Of a DNA stretch of 64,000 nucleotides, positions 41,105 through 50,559 are shown in pieces. Each line of letters starts with the position of its first letter. The first letter of the stretch is position 1. The notes beneath the pieces are model-generated. The model made no database searches. It saw only the letters and a program-made list of their open reading frames with translations, and was not told where the DNA came from. Source of the DNA: Actinomycetes bacterium (lineage in GTDB: Bacteria; Actinomycetota; Actinomycetes; S36-B12; UBA5976); the NCBI GenBank assembly GCA_038145175.1, contig JAYQPE010000003.1:11440-75439 (forward strand), written 5' to 3'. A program made the position numbers and the translations under genes.

Positions 41105-41459
41105 TTTTTGACCAGATAAGAGTTTCATCAAAACAAGTGTGATCACCTGTGTGGCATGCATTACCCTTTTGATCAACTTTTAATAAGATTGTATCTTTAT
41201 CGCAATCAATTCTTAATTCAATTAATGTTTGAGTATTTCCTGATTCTTCGCCTTTAATCCACAATTTATTTCTAGATCTAGAAAAGTATGTAACAGCACC
41301 TGTTGAAAGTGTTTTTTCAAAAGCATCTTTATTCATCCAAGCATGCATCAAAACTTTATTTGTTTTGAAATCTATGGCAATTGCAGGTATAAGACCTGAA
41401 TCGTTTAGTTTAAGAGTTGACCAAGCGTTCTTTATTTCATCAATTGACAATAATTTCAT
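41097..41459 (-). CDS. hisI: Phosphoribosyl-AMP cyclohydrolase
   Basis: 120 aa with GLIPAIAIDFKTNKVLMHAWMN, YFSRSRNKLWIKGEESGN and CDKDTILLKV...ACHTG. Confidence 0.9.
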   Translation of the reverse strand: MKLLSIDEIKNAWSTLKLNDSGLIPAIAIDFKTNKVLMHAWMNKDAFEKTLSTGAVTYFSRSRNKLWIKGEESGNTQTLIELRIDCDKDTILLKVDQKGNACHTGDHTCFDETLIWSKND

Positions 41460-41524
41460 AGATATATTCTCGCGTATTGCATATCCAACTTGTCTGCATG
41501 GGTATAAAGACTTATTCTTTTAAT

Positions 41525-42154
41525 ATGACCAATTTTGCAAAAACTGAAAGAAGTGGCATTTGCCAAACACTTCGTCAACTCGGTCCTGATCAACCAACAC
41601 TTTGCCAAGGATGGACCACAAAAGATTTATTAGTGCATTTGATAGTTCGTGAGAATCGTCCAGATGCTGCTGTAGGTCTTTTTATACCATTTTTAAGTTC
41701 TTACACAGAATCAATCTCAAATAAATATAAAGAGAAAACATTTGAAGAATTAATTACACTGTTTGAAAATGGGCCTAGGTCACCGTCGCCTTTTTCTTTA
41801 CCTAAAGTTGATGAAATAGCTAATACCTTTGAATTTTTAGTTCATCACGAAGATATTTTAAGAGGACAAAGTAATTACCAACCTAGAAAACTAACAGATG
41901 AGCAAGCGAAGTTTATTTGGTCAAGATTTACCAAATCTGCGATCTTTTTTATGCGTAAAGTCAAAACTGGTGTTGTCGCAATAACTGAACAAGGTACTTA
42001 TACGCTAAAACGTGGTGATGATGTGGTAACAATTTCTGGAAACATTATTGATTTAGTTATGTTTGCCTTTGGAAGAAAAGACAAAACTGAAATTAATTTT
42101 GAAGGAAATCCCTCAGCTATCGAAAGACTTAAGAACTCAGATCTTAGTCTCTGA
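41525..42154 (+). CDS. DinB-fold / maleylpyruvate-isomerase-like (TIGR03085-type) protein
   Basis: 209 aa from ATG 41525 ([43 protein letters not shown]). The family assignment is by eye from the N-terminal W-x2-DL-x-HL pattern and from its position between hisI and hisF in actinobacteria. Confidence 0.5.
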   Translation: MTNFAKTERSGICQTLRQLGPDQPTLCQGWTTKDLLVHLIVRENRPDAAVGLFIPFLSSYTESISNKYKEKTFEELITLFENGPRSPSPFSLPKVDEIANTFEFLVHHEDILRGQSNYQPRKLTDEQAKFIWSRFTKSAIFFMRKVKTGVVAITEQGTYTLKRGDDVVTISGNIIDLVMFAFGRKDKTEINFEGNPSAIERLKNSDLSL

Positions 42155-42914
42155 TCTCAAAGCCAGATTTCTTTAAACTTGATTTAACATCCTTAATTTG
42201 AATTTGTCCAAAATGAAAAACACTTGCAGCAAGCACAGCATCTGCCCCGCTATGTGCTGCTGACACAAAATCTTCAATTTTTCCTGCTCCGCCACTAGCA
42301 ATAATTGGTACATTTGAAATTTGTTTAACTTTTTCAATTAATTCCAAATCAAATCCCTCTTTAGTCCCATCTTTATCCATAGAATTTAAAAGAATTTCGC
42401 CACAACCTCTATCGATTGATTCTTTTATCCAACTAAATGCATCAATTTGAGCAGATTTTGTTCCACCATGTGTTGTTACTTCAAAACCAGATTTAGCATG
42501 AATTTCGTTTGATCTTCTGGCATCAATCGAAATAACTAAGACTTGAGAACCAAATTGATCCGCTATTTCATTAATTAAATTTGGCTTATTAATTGCACTG
42601 GTATTTATTGAGACTTTGTCAGCACCTGCTCTTAAAAGTTGATCAACATCTTCAATGCTTCTTACCCCTCCTCCCACAGTCAAAGGTATAAAGACCTCTT
42701 CTGCTGTTTGGCGTACCACTTCTAGAATTGTTTTTTCATTATTTTTTGATGCAGAAATATCCAAAAAAGTTAATTCATCAGCGCCATTTTTTGAATACAT
42801 TGATGCAAGTTCTACTGGATCTCCAGCATCTTTTAGATTTTGAAAATTAACACCTTTGACTACTCTTTTATTTTCAACGTCTAAGCAAGGAATAATTCTT
42901 ATGGCTAGAGTCAT
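42144..42914 (-). CDS. hisF: Imidazole glycerol phosphate synthase cyclase subunit
   Basis: 256 aa beginning RIIPCLDV, with DELTFLDI and ASGGAG motifs. Confidence 0.95.
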   Translation of the reverse strand: MTLAIRIIPCLDVENKRVVKGVNFQNLKDAGDPVELASMYSKNGADELTFLDISASKNNEKTILEVVRQTAEEVFIPLTVGGGVRSIEDVDQLLRAGADKVSINTSAINKPNLINEIADQFGSQVLVISIDARRSNEIHAKSGFEVTTHGGTKSAQIDAFSWIKESIDRGCGEILLNSMDKDGTKEGFDLELIEKVKQISNVPIIASGGAGKIEDFVSAAHSGADAVLAASVFHFGQIQIKDVKSSLKKSGFEIRD

Positions 42915-42916
42915 TT

Positions 42917-43639
42917 TTAGCCTGCCACTTCTAAAGCCTGTTTCAAAGTAAATTTTTGCGAATAGAGAGCTTTGCCAACTATGGCTCCTTCAACCCCATG
43001 ATCAACTAATGTCTTTAATTTGACCAAATCCTCTAATTCAGAAATTCCACCAGAGGCGATTAGTGGTTTTTTAGTAACTTTAGAAATTTCAATAAGCAGA
43101 TCTAAATTTGGTCCCATTAATGTTCCATCTTTTGTCACATCCGTGACTACATACCTTGCTGCATTATCTTCGTCTAATCTTTTGAGAGTTTCAAAAAGAT
43201 CTCCACCATCTTTTGTCCAACCTCTTGCAGCAAGAGTTCTACCACGAACATCTAATCCAATTGCAATTTTGTCTTCATGCAATTTGATTACTTTTTTAGT
43301 CCACTCAGGATTTTCTAAAGCAGCAGTTCCAAGATTAATTCTTTTCGCACCAGTTGAAAGTGCTCTATTTAGTGATTCATCATCCCTAATACCTCCTGAG
43401 AGTTCCACATTTATATCTAGTTTTTCAACAACTTCTTTTAATAATAAGTAATTACTTCCTTTTCCAAAGGCTGCATCTAAATCGACTAAATGTAACCATT
43501 GAGCACCTTGGTTTTGAAAATTTAAAGCTGCTTCAAGAGGTGATCCATAAACTGTTTCACTACCTAATTCACCTTGCACTAATCGAACAGCTTGACCATT
43601 TGACACATCAACTGCGGGCAAGAGAATTAATTTACTCAT
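42917..43639 (-). CDS. hisA: ProFAR isomerase; probably the actinobacterial dual-substrate HisA/TrpF (PriA-type) enzyme
   Basis: 240 aa beginning [18 protein letters not shown], with a SGGI repeat. No trpF is present in the adjacent trp cluster. Dual-substrate function is inferred from lineage knowledge. Confidence 0.88.
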   Translation of the reverse strand: MSKLILLPAVDVSNGQAVRLVQGELGSETVYGSPLEAALNFQNQGAQWLHLVDLDAAFGKGSNYLLLKEVVEKLDINVELSGGIRDDESLNRALSTGAKRINLGTAALENPEWTKKVIKLHEDKIAIGLDVRGRTLAARGWTKDGGDLFETLKRLDEDNAARYVVTDVTKDGTLMGPNLDLLIEISKVTKKPLIASGGISELEDLVKLKTLVDHGVEGAIVGKALYSQKFTLKQALEVAG

Positions 43640-43640
43640 T

Positions 43641-44270
43641 TTAAATACTTTCCAGCCAATTTTTTAACAATAAAATTCCTGCATCCCCTGATTTTTCTGG
43701 ATGAAATTGAGTTGCCACTAAAGCGTTATTTTCTACACTGGCCAGGAATTTTTCACCATAAGTTGTAAAGTGTTTTAAAGGTTGATCAAATTTTTCTGAT
43801 TCTTTAATATTTAAATCTTTTGCAGCAAAGGAATGAACGAAATAAAACTTTTGATCTTCAACTCCTTTAAAAATTGAACTTCCTTGGGTAACTTCAACCT
43901 CATTCCAGCCCATGTGAGGAAGAATCGGATTTCTGATTTCTTCTACAACTCCTGGCCACTGTCCTAAACCTTTAACTGTTTCCGCGTGTTCTGTTCCTTG
44001 GTCAAACATAATTTGCATTCCCACACAAATTCCAAAAACTTTTCTCCCACCAGAAAGTCTCTTATCTACGATTTCATCTGCTTTAACATTTAATATTCCC
44101 TGCATACAAGCTTTGAATGCCCCAACCCCTGGAATCACTAAACCATCTGCATTCAAAGAATCTTGATAATCATTTGAGATTTCTGCTTGGGCCCCAATTT
44201 TTTGAAATACTTTATGTGCAGATCTAATATTTCCAAAACCGTAATCAAGAATAACTATTTTTTTAGTCAT
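43641..44270 (-). CDS. hisH: Imidazole glycerol phosphate synthase glutaminase subunit
   Basis: 209 aa with GNIRSA, GICVGMQ and QFHPEKS triad motifs. Confidence 0.93.
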   Translation of the reverse strand: MTKKIVILDYGFGNIRSAHKVFQKIGAQAEISNDYQDSLNADGLVIPGVGAFKACMQGILNVKADEIVDKRLSGGRKVFGICVGMQIMFDQGTEHAETVKGLGQWPGVVEEIRNPILPHMGWNEVEVTQGSSIFKGVEDQKFYFVHSFAAKDLNIKESEKFDQPLKHFTTYGEKFLASVENNALVATQFHPEKSGDAGILLLKNWLESI

Positions 44271-44292
44271 AAAATATTTTGATTATTAAGAA

Positions 44293-44880
44293 TTACAAAA
44301 CACCTTTTGTGGAAGGAATTCCTACAGATTTAGCATCTAGAGAAACTGCTTCTCTTAAAGCTCTTGCCACAGCTTTAAACTGAGCTTCAACAACATGGTG
44401 GGCATTTCTTCCCTCTAATACTTTTATGTGCAAAGTGATATCGGAACTGTTTACAAATGATTCCCAAATATGTTTAGTCAAAGTGGTGTCATAGGAACCA
44501 ATCATGGGCGCAATTTCTGTTTCGTGGTGAACCAAATATGGTCTACCCGATAAATCAACTGCAGCTCTAACCAAAACTTCATCTAGAGGCAATGTCGCAT
44601 CACCGTATCTTTTAATTCCTGACTTATCACCTAGAGATTCTTTGAATGCTTGTCCAAGTGAAATAGCCGTATCTTCGATTGTGTGGTGTTCATCTACAAC
44701 AACATCACCAATAGTTTTAATTTTTAAATCGAAAGCTGCATGTTTACCCAATTGACTCAACATGTGGTCATAGAAAGGGACGCCTGTTTCAATAGAAACA
44801 TTTCCGGTGCCATCTAAGTTAATTTCAACCGAAACATCACTTTCTTTTGTTTTTCGGGAAACTTTACCGATTCTACTCAT
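44293..44880 (-). CDS. hisB: Imidazoleglycerol-phosphate dehydratase
   Basis: 195 aa with RKTKESDVSVEINLDG, DEHHTIEDTAI and NAHHVVEAQFKA motifs. Confidence 0.93.
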   Translation of the reverse strand: MSRIGKVSRKTKESDVSVEINLDGTGNVSIETGVPFYDHMLSQLGKHAAFDLKIKTIGDVVVDEHHTIEDTAISLGQAFKESLGDKSGIKRYGDATLPLDEVLVRAAVDLSGRPYLVHHETEIAPMIGSYDTTLTKHIWESFVNSSDITLHIKVLEGRNAHHVVEAQFKAVARALREAVSLDAKSVGIPSTKGVL

Positions 44881-44934
44881 TAATCCTCTTTCTCTATTTT
44901 CATGTTATAAGACACCTATGAACATTTGATTTAT

Positions 44935-46233
44935 TTACTTGTTGTTTTCAAGCCTTATATCAACTGCTTGAGCATGCGCAGGCAAATCTTCTGCATGAGC
45001 TAAAACCCTTAATTGATTTGCAGCATCCTTCAAAGCATCTTTTGAATATTCAATAACTTGAACTGATTTAAGAAATGTTTGCACATTTAATCCTGAAGAA
45101 TGACAGGCACAGCCTCCGGTCGGTAATACGTGATTACTTCCAGCTAAATAATCACCCAAGGAAACTGGAGTATTTGGTCCAACAAATATTGCACCTGCAT
45201 TTTCAATTTTTGAAACCACATTTGCTAGATCCTTAGTGTGTATTTCTAGGTGTTCAGAAGCAATATTATTTATCACTTCAATTCCCTGTTCTATATCTTT
45301 TACAATCACGATGGCACTTTGTTTACCTTGAATTGCTTTCTTAATTCGATCTGAATGTTTAGTTTGTGGAACTTGTGATTCCAGTTCTTTTTTAACTTGT
45401 TGCGCAAGATCAATTGAACTAGTTACTAAAATACTTGAAGCAATCACATCATGTTCTGCTTGACTAATTAGATCTGCGGCTATCCATTTAGGATTTCCCG
45501 TTTCATCGGCAAGTATTGCAATTTCAGTTGGACCTGCTTCACTATCGATAGCGACAACACTTCTAACTTTTCTTTTTGCAGCAGTTACATAAACATTTCC
45601 AGGACCGGTTATAAGATTTACTTTTTTACAAGATTTAGTTCCGTAAGCAAACATCGCAATTGCTTGCGAACCGCCTGCGCTATAAACTTCATTAATCTCT
45701 AAAAGTTTGCATGCGGCAAGAATTGTTTTATTTGGCCATCCATCATTTTCTTTTTGGGACGGACTACTTATCGCTATGGATTTAACTCCTGCCACTTTTG
45801 CAGGAACAACATTCATCACAACACTTGATGGGTAAACAGCTTGGCCACCTGGCACATATAAACCAACTCTAGAAACTGGAATATATTTTTGTGTGACTGA
45901 TCCATTTTGTACGACCATAGTTTGAATTTCACTTTTTAACTGCGCTTGATGAACCATCGTGGTTCTTTTTATAGATTCCTTTAAGGCATCAATAACATCT
46001 GGCGACATTTCTGAAAAAGCTTTGTCAATTACTTCCTGGGGAACTCTTAGTGATTTAGGTCTAATCCCATCAAATTTTTCATTCCAATTAAGAACTGCCT
46101 CATCGCCATTTTTTTCAACTTCTTCCAATACAGGATTTATTTGATTCAAAGCCGACTCAACATCAAGTTGCGCGCGAGGCACGACAGGGGAAGAAATTTG
46201 GCCAATTTCTCTCACATCAATTATTTGAATCAT
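44935..46233 (-). CDS. hisD: Histidinol dehydrogenase
   Basis: 432 aa with GGSQAIAMFAYGT, ISQAEHD and LGDYLAGSNHVLPT motifs. Confidence 0.95.
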   Translation of the reverse strand: MIQIIDVREIGQISSPVVPRAQLDVESALNQINPVLEEVEKNGDEAVLNWNEKFDGIRPKSLRVPQEVIDKAFSEMSPDVIDALKESIKRTTMVHQAQLKSEIQTMVVQNGSVTQKYIPVSRVGLYVPGGQAVYPSSVVMNVVPAKVAGVKSIAISSPSQKENDGWPNKTILAACKLLEINEVYSAGGSQAIAMFAYGTKSCKKVNLITGPGNVYVTAAKRKVRSVVAIDSEAGPTEIAILADETGNPKWIAADLISQAEHDVIASSILVTSSIDLAQQVKKELESQVPQTKHSDRIKKAIQGKQSAIVIVKDIEQGIEVINNIASEHLEIHTKDLANVVSKIENAGAIFVGPNTPVSLGDYLAGSNHVLPTGGCACHSSGLNVQTFLKSVQVIEYSKDALKDAANQLRVLAHAEDLPAHAQAVDIRLENNK

Positions 46234-46284
46234 AATTCAATGTTACGGGATGCGAAATTCTTAACTTTCACATATTCTTTCACC

Positions 46285-46962
46285 ATGAGAAATTCTGATG
46301 CAGATTCAAAATCGCTTCCAATTTTTCCATTAAGCACAGTTTTGATGCCAGGACAAGTAATGCCTTTGCATATTTTCGAAAATAGATACAGAGCTTTAAT
46401 GAGTGATTTATTGGCTTTACCTGAAGTTGAGCGCAGATTTGGAATTATTTCAATTAAAAAAGGAAGCGAAGTAAGACAAGATTTACCGGTATTAGCAGAC
46501 ATTGGAACCATCGCTGTTTTAAGAAAAAGTACTTCAAATAAAGACGGTACATTCGAAATACTGGTTATTGGAGGTCAAAGATTTAACCTATTGTCAGTTT
46601 CAAAAGATAAGGCTCCTTATCTGGTTGCCGAAGTCAAAGTACGAAAGGAAGCTGAAACTGAATTTGATACGGCTTCATTAACTTTAGCTAAAGAAAAATG
46701 TGATGAGTTCATGATGATGTTTGATGCAGATAATGACAACGTTTCACAAAAACTACCAGATACACCCTCAAGTCTTAGCTTTCTTTTAGCAAACCTTTTG
46801 CCAATAAATAATTTGGAAAAACAGAATTTGCTTGAAATTGACGATCCAAATGTTAGATTAAAGAAAGTTTTAAGAATTATTAATCGTGAAACTATTTTGA
46901 TGCAAGAAATTCCATCTGTTCCTGCCCCATTTTTAACAAAAACTAAAATTAGTCTTAATTAA
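46285..46962 (+). CDS. Stand-alone LON N-terminal (substrate-binding) domain protein
   Basis: LPIFPLSTVLMPGQVMPLHIFENRYRALM is the LON_substr_bdg signature. The start is set at ATG 46285 (the alternative is ATG 46240). The ORF-track start 46141 would overlap hisD by 93 nt. Confidence 0.65.
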   Translation: MRNSDADSKSLPIFPLSTVLMPGQVMPLHIFENRYRALMSDLLALPEVERRFGIISIKKGSEVRQDLPVLADIGTIAVLRKSTSNKDGTFEILVIGGQRFNLLSVSKDKAPYLVAEVKVRKEAETEFDTASLTLAKEKCDEFMMMFDADNDNVSQKLPDTPSSLSFLLANLLPINNLEKQNLLEIDDPNVRLKKVLRIINRETILMQEIPSVPAPFLTKTKISLN

Positions 46963-49900
46963 GCCACAGCGCTTGGACCAAGCAAGGCTTTTAATTCACC
47001 AAATAAAGCAGAGGTAGGTTCAACTCTAAGTCGCTCATCTATTTTCATAACAGTTGTTTTTTCACCATTAATAATGTGAAGATGAACTTCTACAGTTCCA
47101 GGATGAGTTTGTAAAACTGATTTTATTGAATCAACCATTGGTGGGGTGCATCTTGCAGCATTAAGTTTAACAACTACTGGAGAAGTTCTTTGCTGGTTTA
47201 AATCAGGAACTGAAAAATCTAAAGCAACTAACCTTGGACTTTCTTCTTCCCGCGCATCAATTTTTGCCTTTACCGACAAAATTGCATCTTCGTGAATTAA
47301 ATTGGCTGTATTTGCATAAGTCTGTGAAAATACCATTAAATCAACTGAACCCGCTAAATCTTCTAAAGTAACAATTGCCCAATTAGCGCCTTGTTTTGTA
47401 ACTTTTCTTTGAATATTTGTGACAAGTCCTGCGACAGTTACAATGTCTGCATCATTTTTATTTCCATGTGCAATATCTGCTATTTGTGTGTCAGAAAATC
47501 TAGAAAGTAAATGTTCTATCCCAAGTAATGGATGATCACTAACATATAGACCAAGCATTTGTCTTTCAAAATTTAATAATGCTGCCTTTTCCCATTCCTC
47601 GATCGGAATAATTAACTCTGTTCCAGAAATACTTACACTTTCTTGACTTGATCCAAATAAATCATATTGACCAATTGCTTCTGCTTTTTTAGATTCTGTG
47701 GCACTATCTACGGCTTCAATATGAATACTGAGTAAGCCTTTGCGAGAATGCCCAAGTGAATCAAATGCACCTGCTTTAATCAATGATTCAATCACTCTTT
47801 TGCTACAAACTGTTGATTCCACTTTATTTAAGAAATCAAAAAAGTCTGTGAATCTTTCATGTTTTAATCTTGAACTAATCAAAGAATCCACTACGTTTTC
47901 TCCAACATTTTTTATAGCAGATAATCCAAAGCGAATATCTTTGCCAATTGGAGCAAATTCACTTAATGATTCATTAACATCAGGAGGTAAAACTTTTATT
48001 CCCATTTTTCTACATTCATTCAAATAAATCGCTAGTTTATCTCTGTCATCTTTAACACTTGATAAAAGTGCTGCCATATATTCAGATGGAAAATTAGCTT
48101 TTAAATAAGCCGTCCAATAAGAAACAAGACCATAGCCTGCGGTGTGAGCTCTGTTAAATGCGTAATCAGAAAATGGAACTAGTATTTCCCACAACTTATT
48201 AATGGCATCTTCTGAGAATTTATTTGCTCTCATTCCATCTCTAAAAGGTATAAATTCTTTGTCAAGAATTGATTTTTTCTTTTTACCCATAGCTCGGCGT
48301 AAAAGATCTGCTTTGCCTAGTGAGTAGCCAGCTAACTTTTGAGCAATAGCCATAACTTGTTCTTGATAAACAATTAACCCGTAAGTATCTTTTAATATTT
48401 CATCAAGAGGTTCAGCTAATTCTTCATGAATTGGCACAACTTTAGTTCGATTATTTTTTCTATCCGCATAATCGTTGTGAGCATTAACTCCCATAGGCCC
48501 AGGTCGATATAAAGCTAAAACTGCTGAAATATGTTCGAATTGATCAGGTTGCATTGATCTTAAAAGTGCTCTCATGGGAGCACCATCTAATTGGAATACT
48601 CCTAAAGTATCTCCCCTACTTAGAAGTTCATATGTTGCTTTATCTGTTAATTCTAAATCTTCCAGAACGATTTCAATATTCTTATTTCTCTTAATATGAT
48701 CTAAACAATCATCTAAAACAGTTAAATTTCTTAATCCTAAAAAGTCCATTTTTAGTAAACCTAAAGATTCACAAGCACCCATATCAAATTGAGTAATAAT
48801 TGCGCCGTCTTGCTCACGTTTCCAAAGTGGCACAACTTCAATTAAAGGTTCACGACAAAGAATTACCCCTGCAGCATGAACACCGGGTTGTCTTCTTAAA
48901 CCTTCTAAACCTCTTGCGGTATCAACAATCTTTTGAACTTCAGGATCAACTTTGTATAAAGATCTAAATTCACTTGCTTCTGCATATCTATCATCTTTTT
49001 TATCAAAAATTGATGCTAGCGACATATCTTTTCCAACAACAGGTGGAGGAATAAGTTTTGTTATTTTATCTGAATTTGCAAATGGATAACCCAATACTCG
49101 AGCTGAATCTTTAATTGCAGCTTTTGCCTTAATTGTGCCGTAGGTAATGATTTGCGCTACGTGATCTGATCCGTATTTATCTGTTGCATATTTGATCATG
49201 TCAGCACGTCTTTTTTCATCAAAATCAATATCAATATCGGGAAGCGAAACTCTCTCGGGATTTAAAAATCTTTCAAACAAAAGTCCATGCTTAATGGGAT
49301 CAAGTTCAGTAATTCCTAATGCAAATGCCACAACTGATCCCCCTGCAGAACCTCTTCCTGGACCAACTCTTATGCCATTTTCTTTGGCATATCGAACTAA
49401 GTCAGCTACAACTAGAAAGTAACTAGGAAATCCCATTTGGTTAATTACTTTTATTTCATAATTGGCTTGTTCTTGATGTTGGGAACTTACTTGGTTTTTA
49501 AATCGTTTATTCAGTCCTTGATTAACTTCTTTTTCTAACCATGATTCTTCAGTTTCATTTTCTGGAACAGAGAATCTAGGCATGAGATTTGCGCCTTCTT
49601 GAAACTTAACCTCACATCTTTCTGCAATTAATAATGTGTTGTCGCATGCTTCTGGATAATCTTTCCAAATATCTCGCATTTGAGTAGGAGTTTTTAAATA
49701 AAAATCTTGAGCATCAAATTTAAATCTGTTGGGATCACTTAAAGTCGTTCTAGTACCTACACACAGTAAAACTTCATGCGAAGCAGCATCTGATTCATAG
49801 GTGTAATGCAAGTCATTTGTTGCCACAAGTGGAATTTGTAATTCTTTAGCAATTTTTAATAAATCTGGCCTAGTTTTTCTTTCAATATCTAAACCATGAT

Positions 49901-50480
49901 CCATTAACTCACAATAAAAATTTTCTTTCCCAAAAACTTCTTGTAATTGACCTGCGACTTGTTTTGCCTTGCTAAAGTCTCCTGCTTGTAGCCATCTATT
50001 TACTTCTCCTGAAGGACAACCTGTGGTTCCAATTAATCCTTTTCCATATTTTTCTAATAATTCGAAATCAAATCTAGGTTTGTAGTAGTAACCTTCCATA
50101 CTTGCAAGGGATGAAATTTTAAATAAATTATGCATTGCTTGAGTACTTGTGGCCCATAAAGTCATGTGGGTGTAAGGAGATTTACCTCTACCAAATTCTT
50201 GATCTTCACCGCTTGAAAATCCAAAATCAAGCATTTCTCTAGATTTTCTTCCATTAGGCGCGTAATAACCTTCGATCCCAATTATTGGTTTGACACCATG
50301 ATCTTTTGCAGTTTTATAAAAATCATATGCACCATATAAATTTCCATGATCTGTAATTGCGATGGCGGGCATTTCTTGTTTTTTAACTTCTGAAATTAAT
50401 TGAGTTAATCTTGCTGCACCATCAAGCATGGAATATTCAGAATGCACATGAAGATGAACAAATGAGTCGCGATTAGACAT
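46959..50480 (-). CDS. dnaE: DNA polymerase III alpha subunit
   Basis: 1173 aa with PHP domain FVHLHVHSEYSMLDGA, palm/fingers domains and an OB fold. Confidence 0.96.
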   Translation of the reverse strand: MSNRDSFVHLHVHSEYSMLDGAARLTQLISEVKKQEMPAIAITDHGNLYGAYDFYKTAKDHGVKPIIGIEGYYAPNGRKSREMLDFGFSSGEDQEFGRGKSPYTHMTLWATSTQAMHNLFKISSLASMEGYYYKPRFDFELLEKYGKGLIGTTGCPSGEVNRWLQAGDFSKAKQVAGQLQEVFGKENFYCELMDHGLDIERKTRPDLLKIAKELQIPLVATNDLHYTYESDAASHEVLLCVGTRTTLSDPNRFKFDAQDFYLKTPTQMRDIWKDYPEACDNTLLIAERCEVKFQEGANLMPRFSVPENETEESWLEKEVNQGLNKRFKNQVSSQHQEQANYEIKVINQMGFPSYFLVVADLVRYAKENGIRVGPGRGSAGGSVVAFALGITELDPIKHGLLFERFLNPERVSLPDIDIDFDEKRRADMIKYATDKYGSDHVAQIITYGTIKAKAAIKDSARVLGYPFANSDKITKLIPPPVVGKDMSLASIFDKKDDRYAEASEFRSLYKVDPEVQKIVDTARGLEGLRRQPGVHAAGVILCREPLIEVVPLWKREQDGAIITQFDMGACESLGLLKMDFLGLRNLTVLDDCLDHIKRNKNIEIVLEDLELTDKATYELLSRGDTLGVFQLDGAPMRALLRSMQPDQFEHISAVLALYRPGPMGVNAHNDYADRKNNRTKVVPIHEELAEPLDEILKDTYGLIVYQEQVMAIAQKLAGYSLGKADLLRRAMGKKKKSILDKEFIPFRDGMRANKFSEDAINKLWEILVPFSDYAFNRAHTAGYGLVSYWTAYLKANFPSEYMAALLSSVKDDRDKLAIYLNECRKMGIKVLPPDVNESLSEFAPIGKDIRFGLSAIKNVGENVVDSLISSRLKHERFTDFFDFLNKVESTVCSKRVIESLIKAGAFDSLGHSRKGLLSIHIEAVDSATESKKAEAIGQYDLFGSSQESVSISGTELIIPIEEWEKAALLNFERQMLGLYVSDHPLLGIEHLLSRFSDTQIADIAHGNKNDADIVTVAGLVTNIQRKVTKQGANWAIVTLEDLAGSVDLMVFSQTYANTANLIHEDAILSVKAKIDAREEESPRLVALDFSVPDLNQQRTSPVVVKLNAARCTPPMVDSIKSVLQTHPGTVEVHLHIINGEKTTVMKIDERLRVEPTSALFGELKALLGPSAVA

Positions 50481-50559
50481 TAAATGAAAATAGTCCTTTC
50501 ACGAGTTTGATACAAAGGGGAAGTTTTGTATAACTAATTTAAATCTTGCTAAATAGAGT

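Noticed and set aside
43020-43451. 143-aa + strand ORF antisense to hisA. Similar antisense ORFs lie at 196..390, 2938..3321, 4675..4899, 8815..9021, 10065..10355, 32770..33051, 35739..36086, 47740..48027, 58101..58376, 60154..60498 and 61867..62229, among others.
   Set aside because: All are fully embedded in strongly supported genes on the other strand. They have biased low-complexity translations and no independent start signals, and are typical shadow ORFs.
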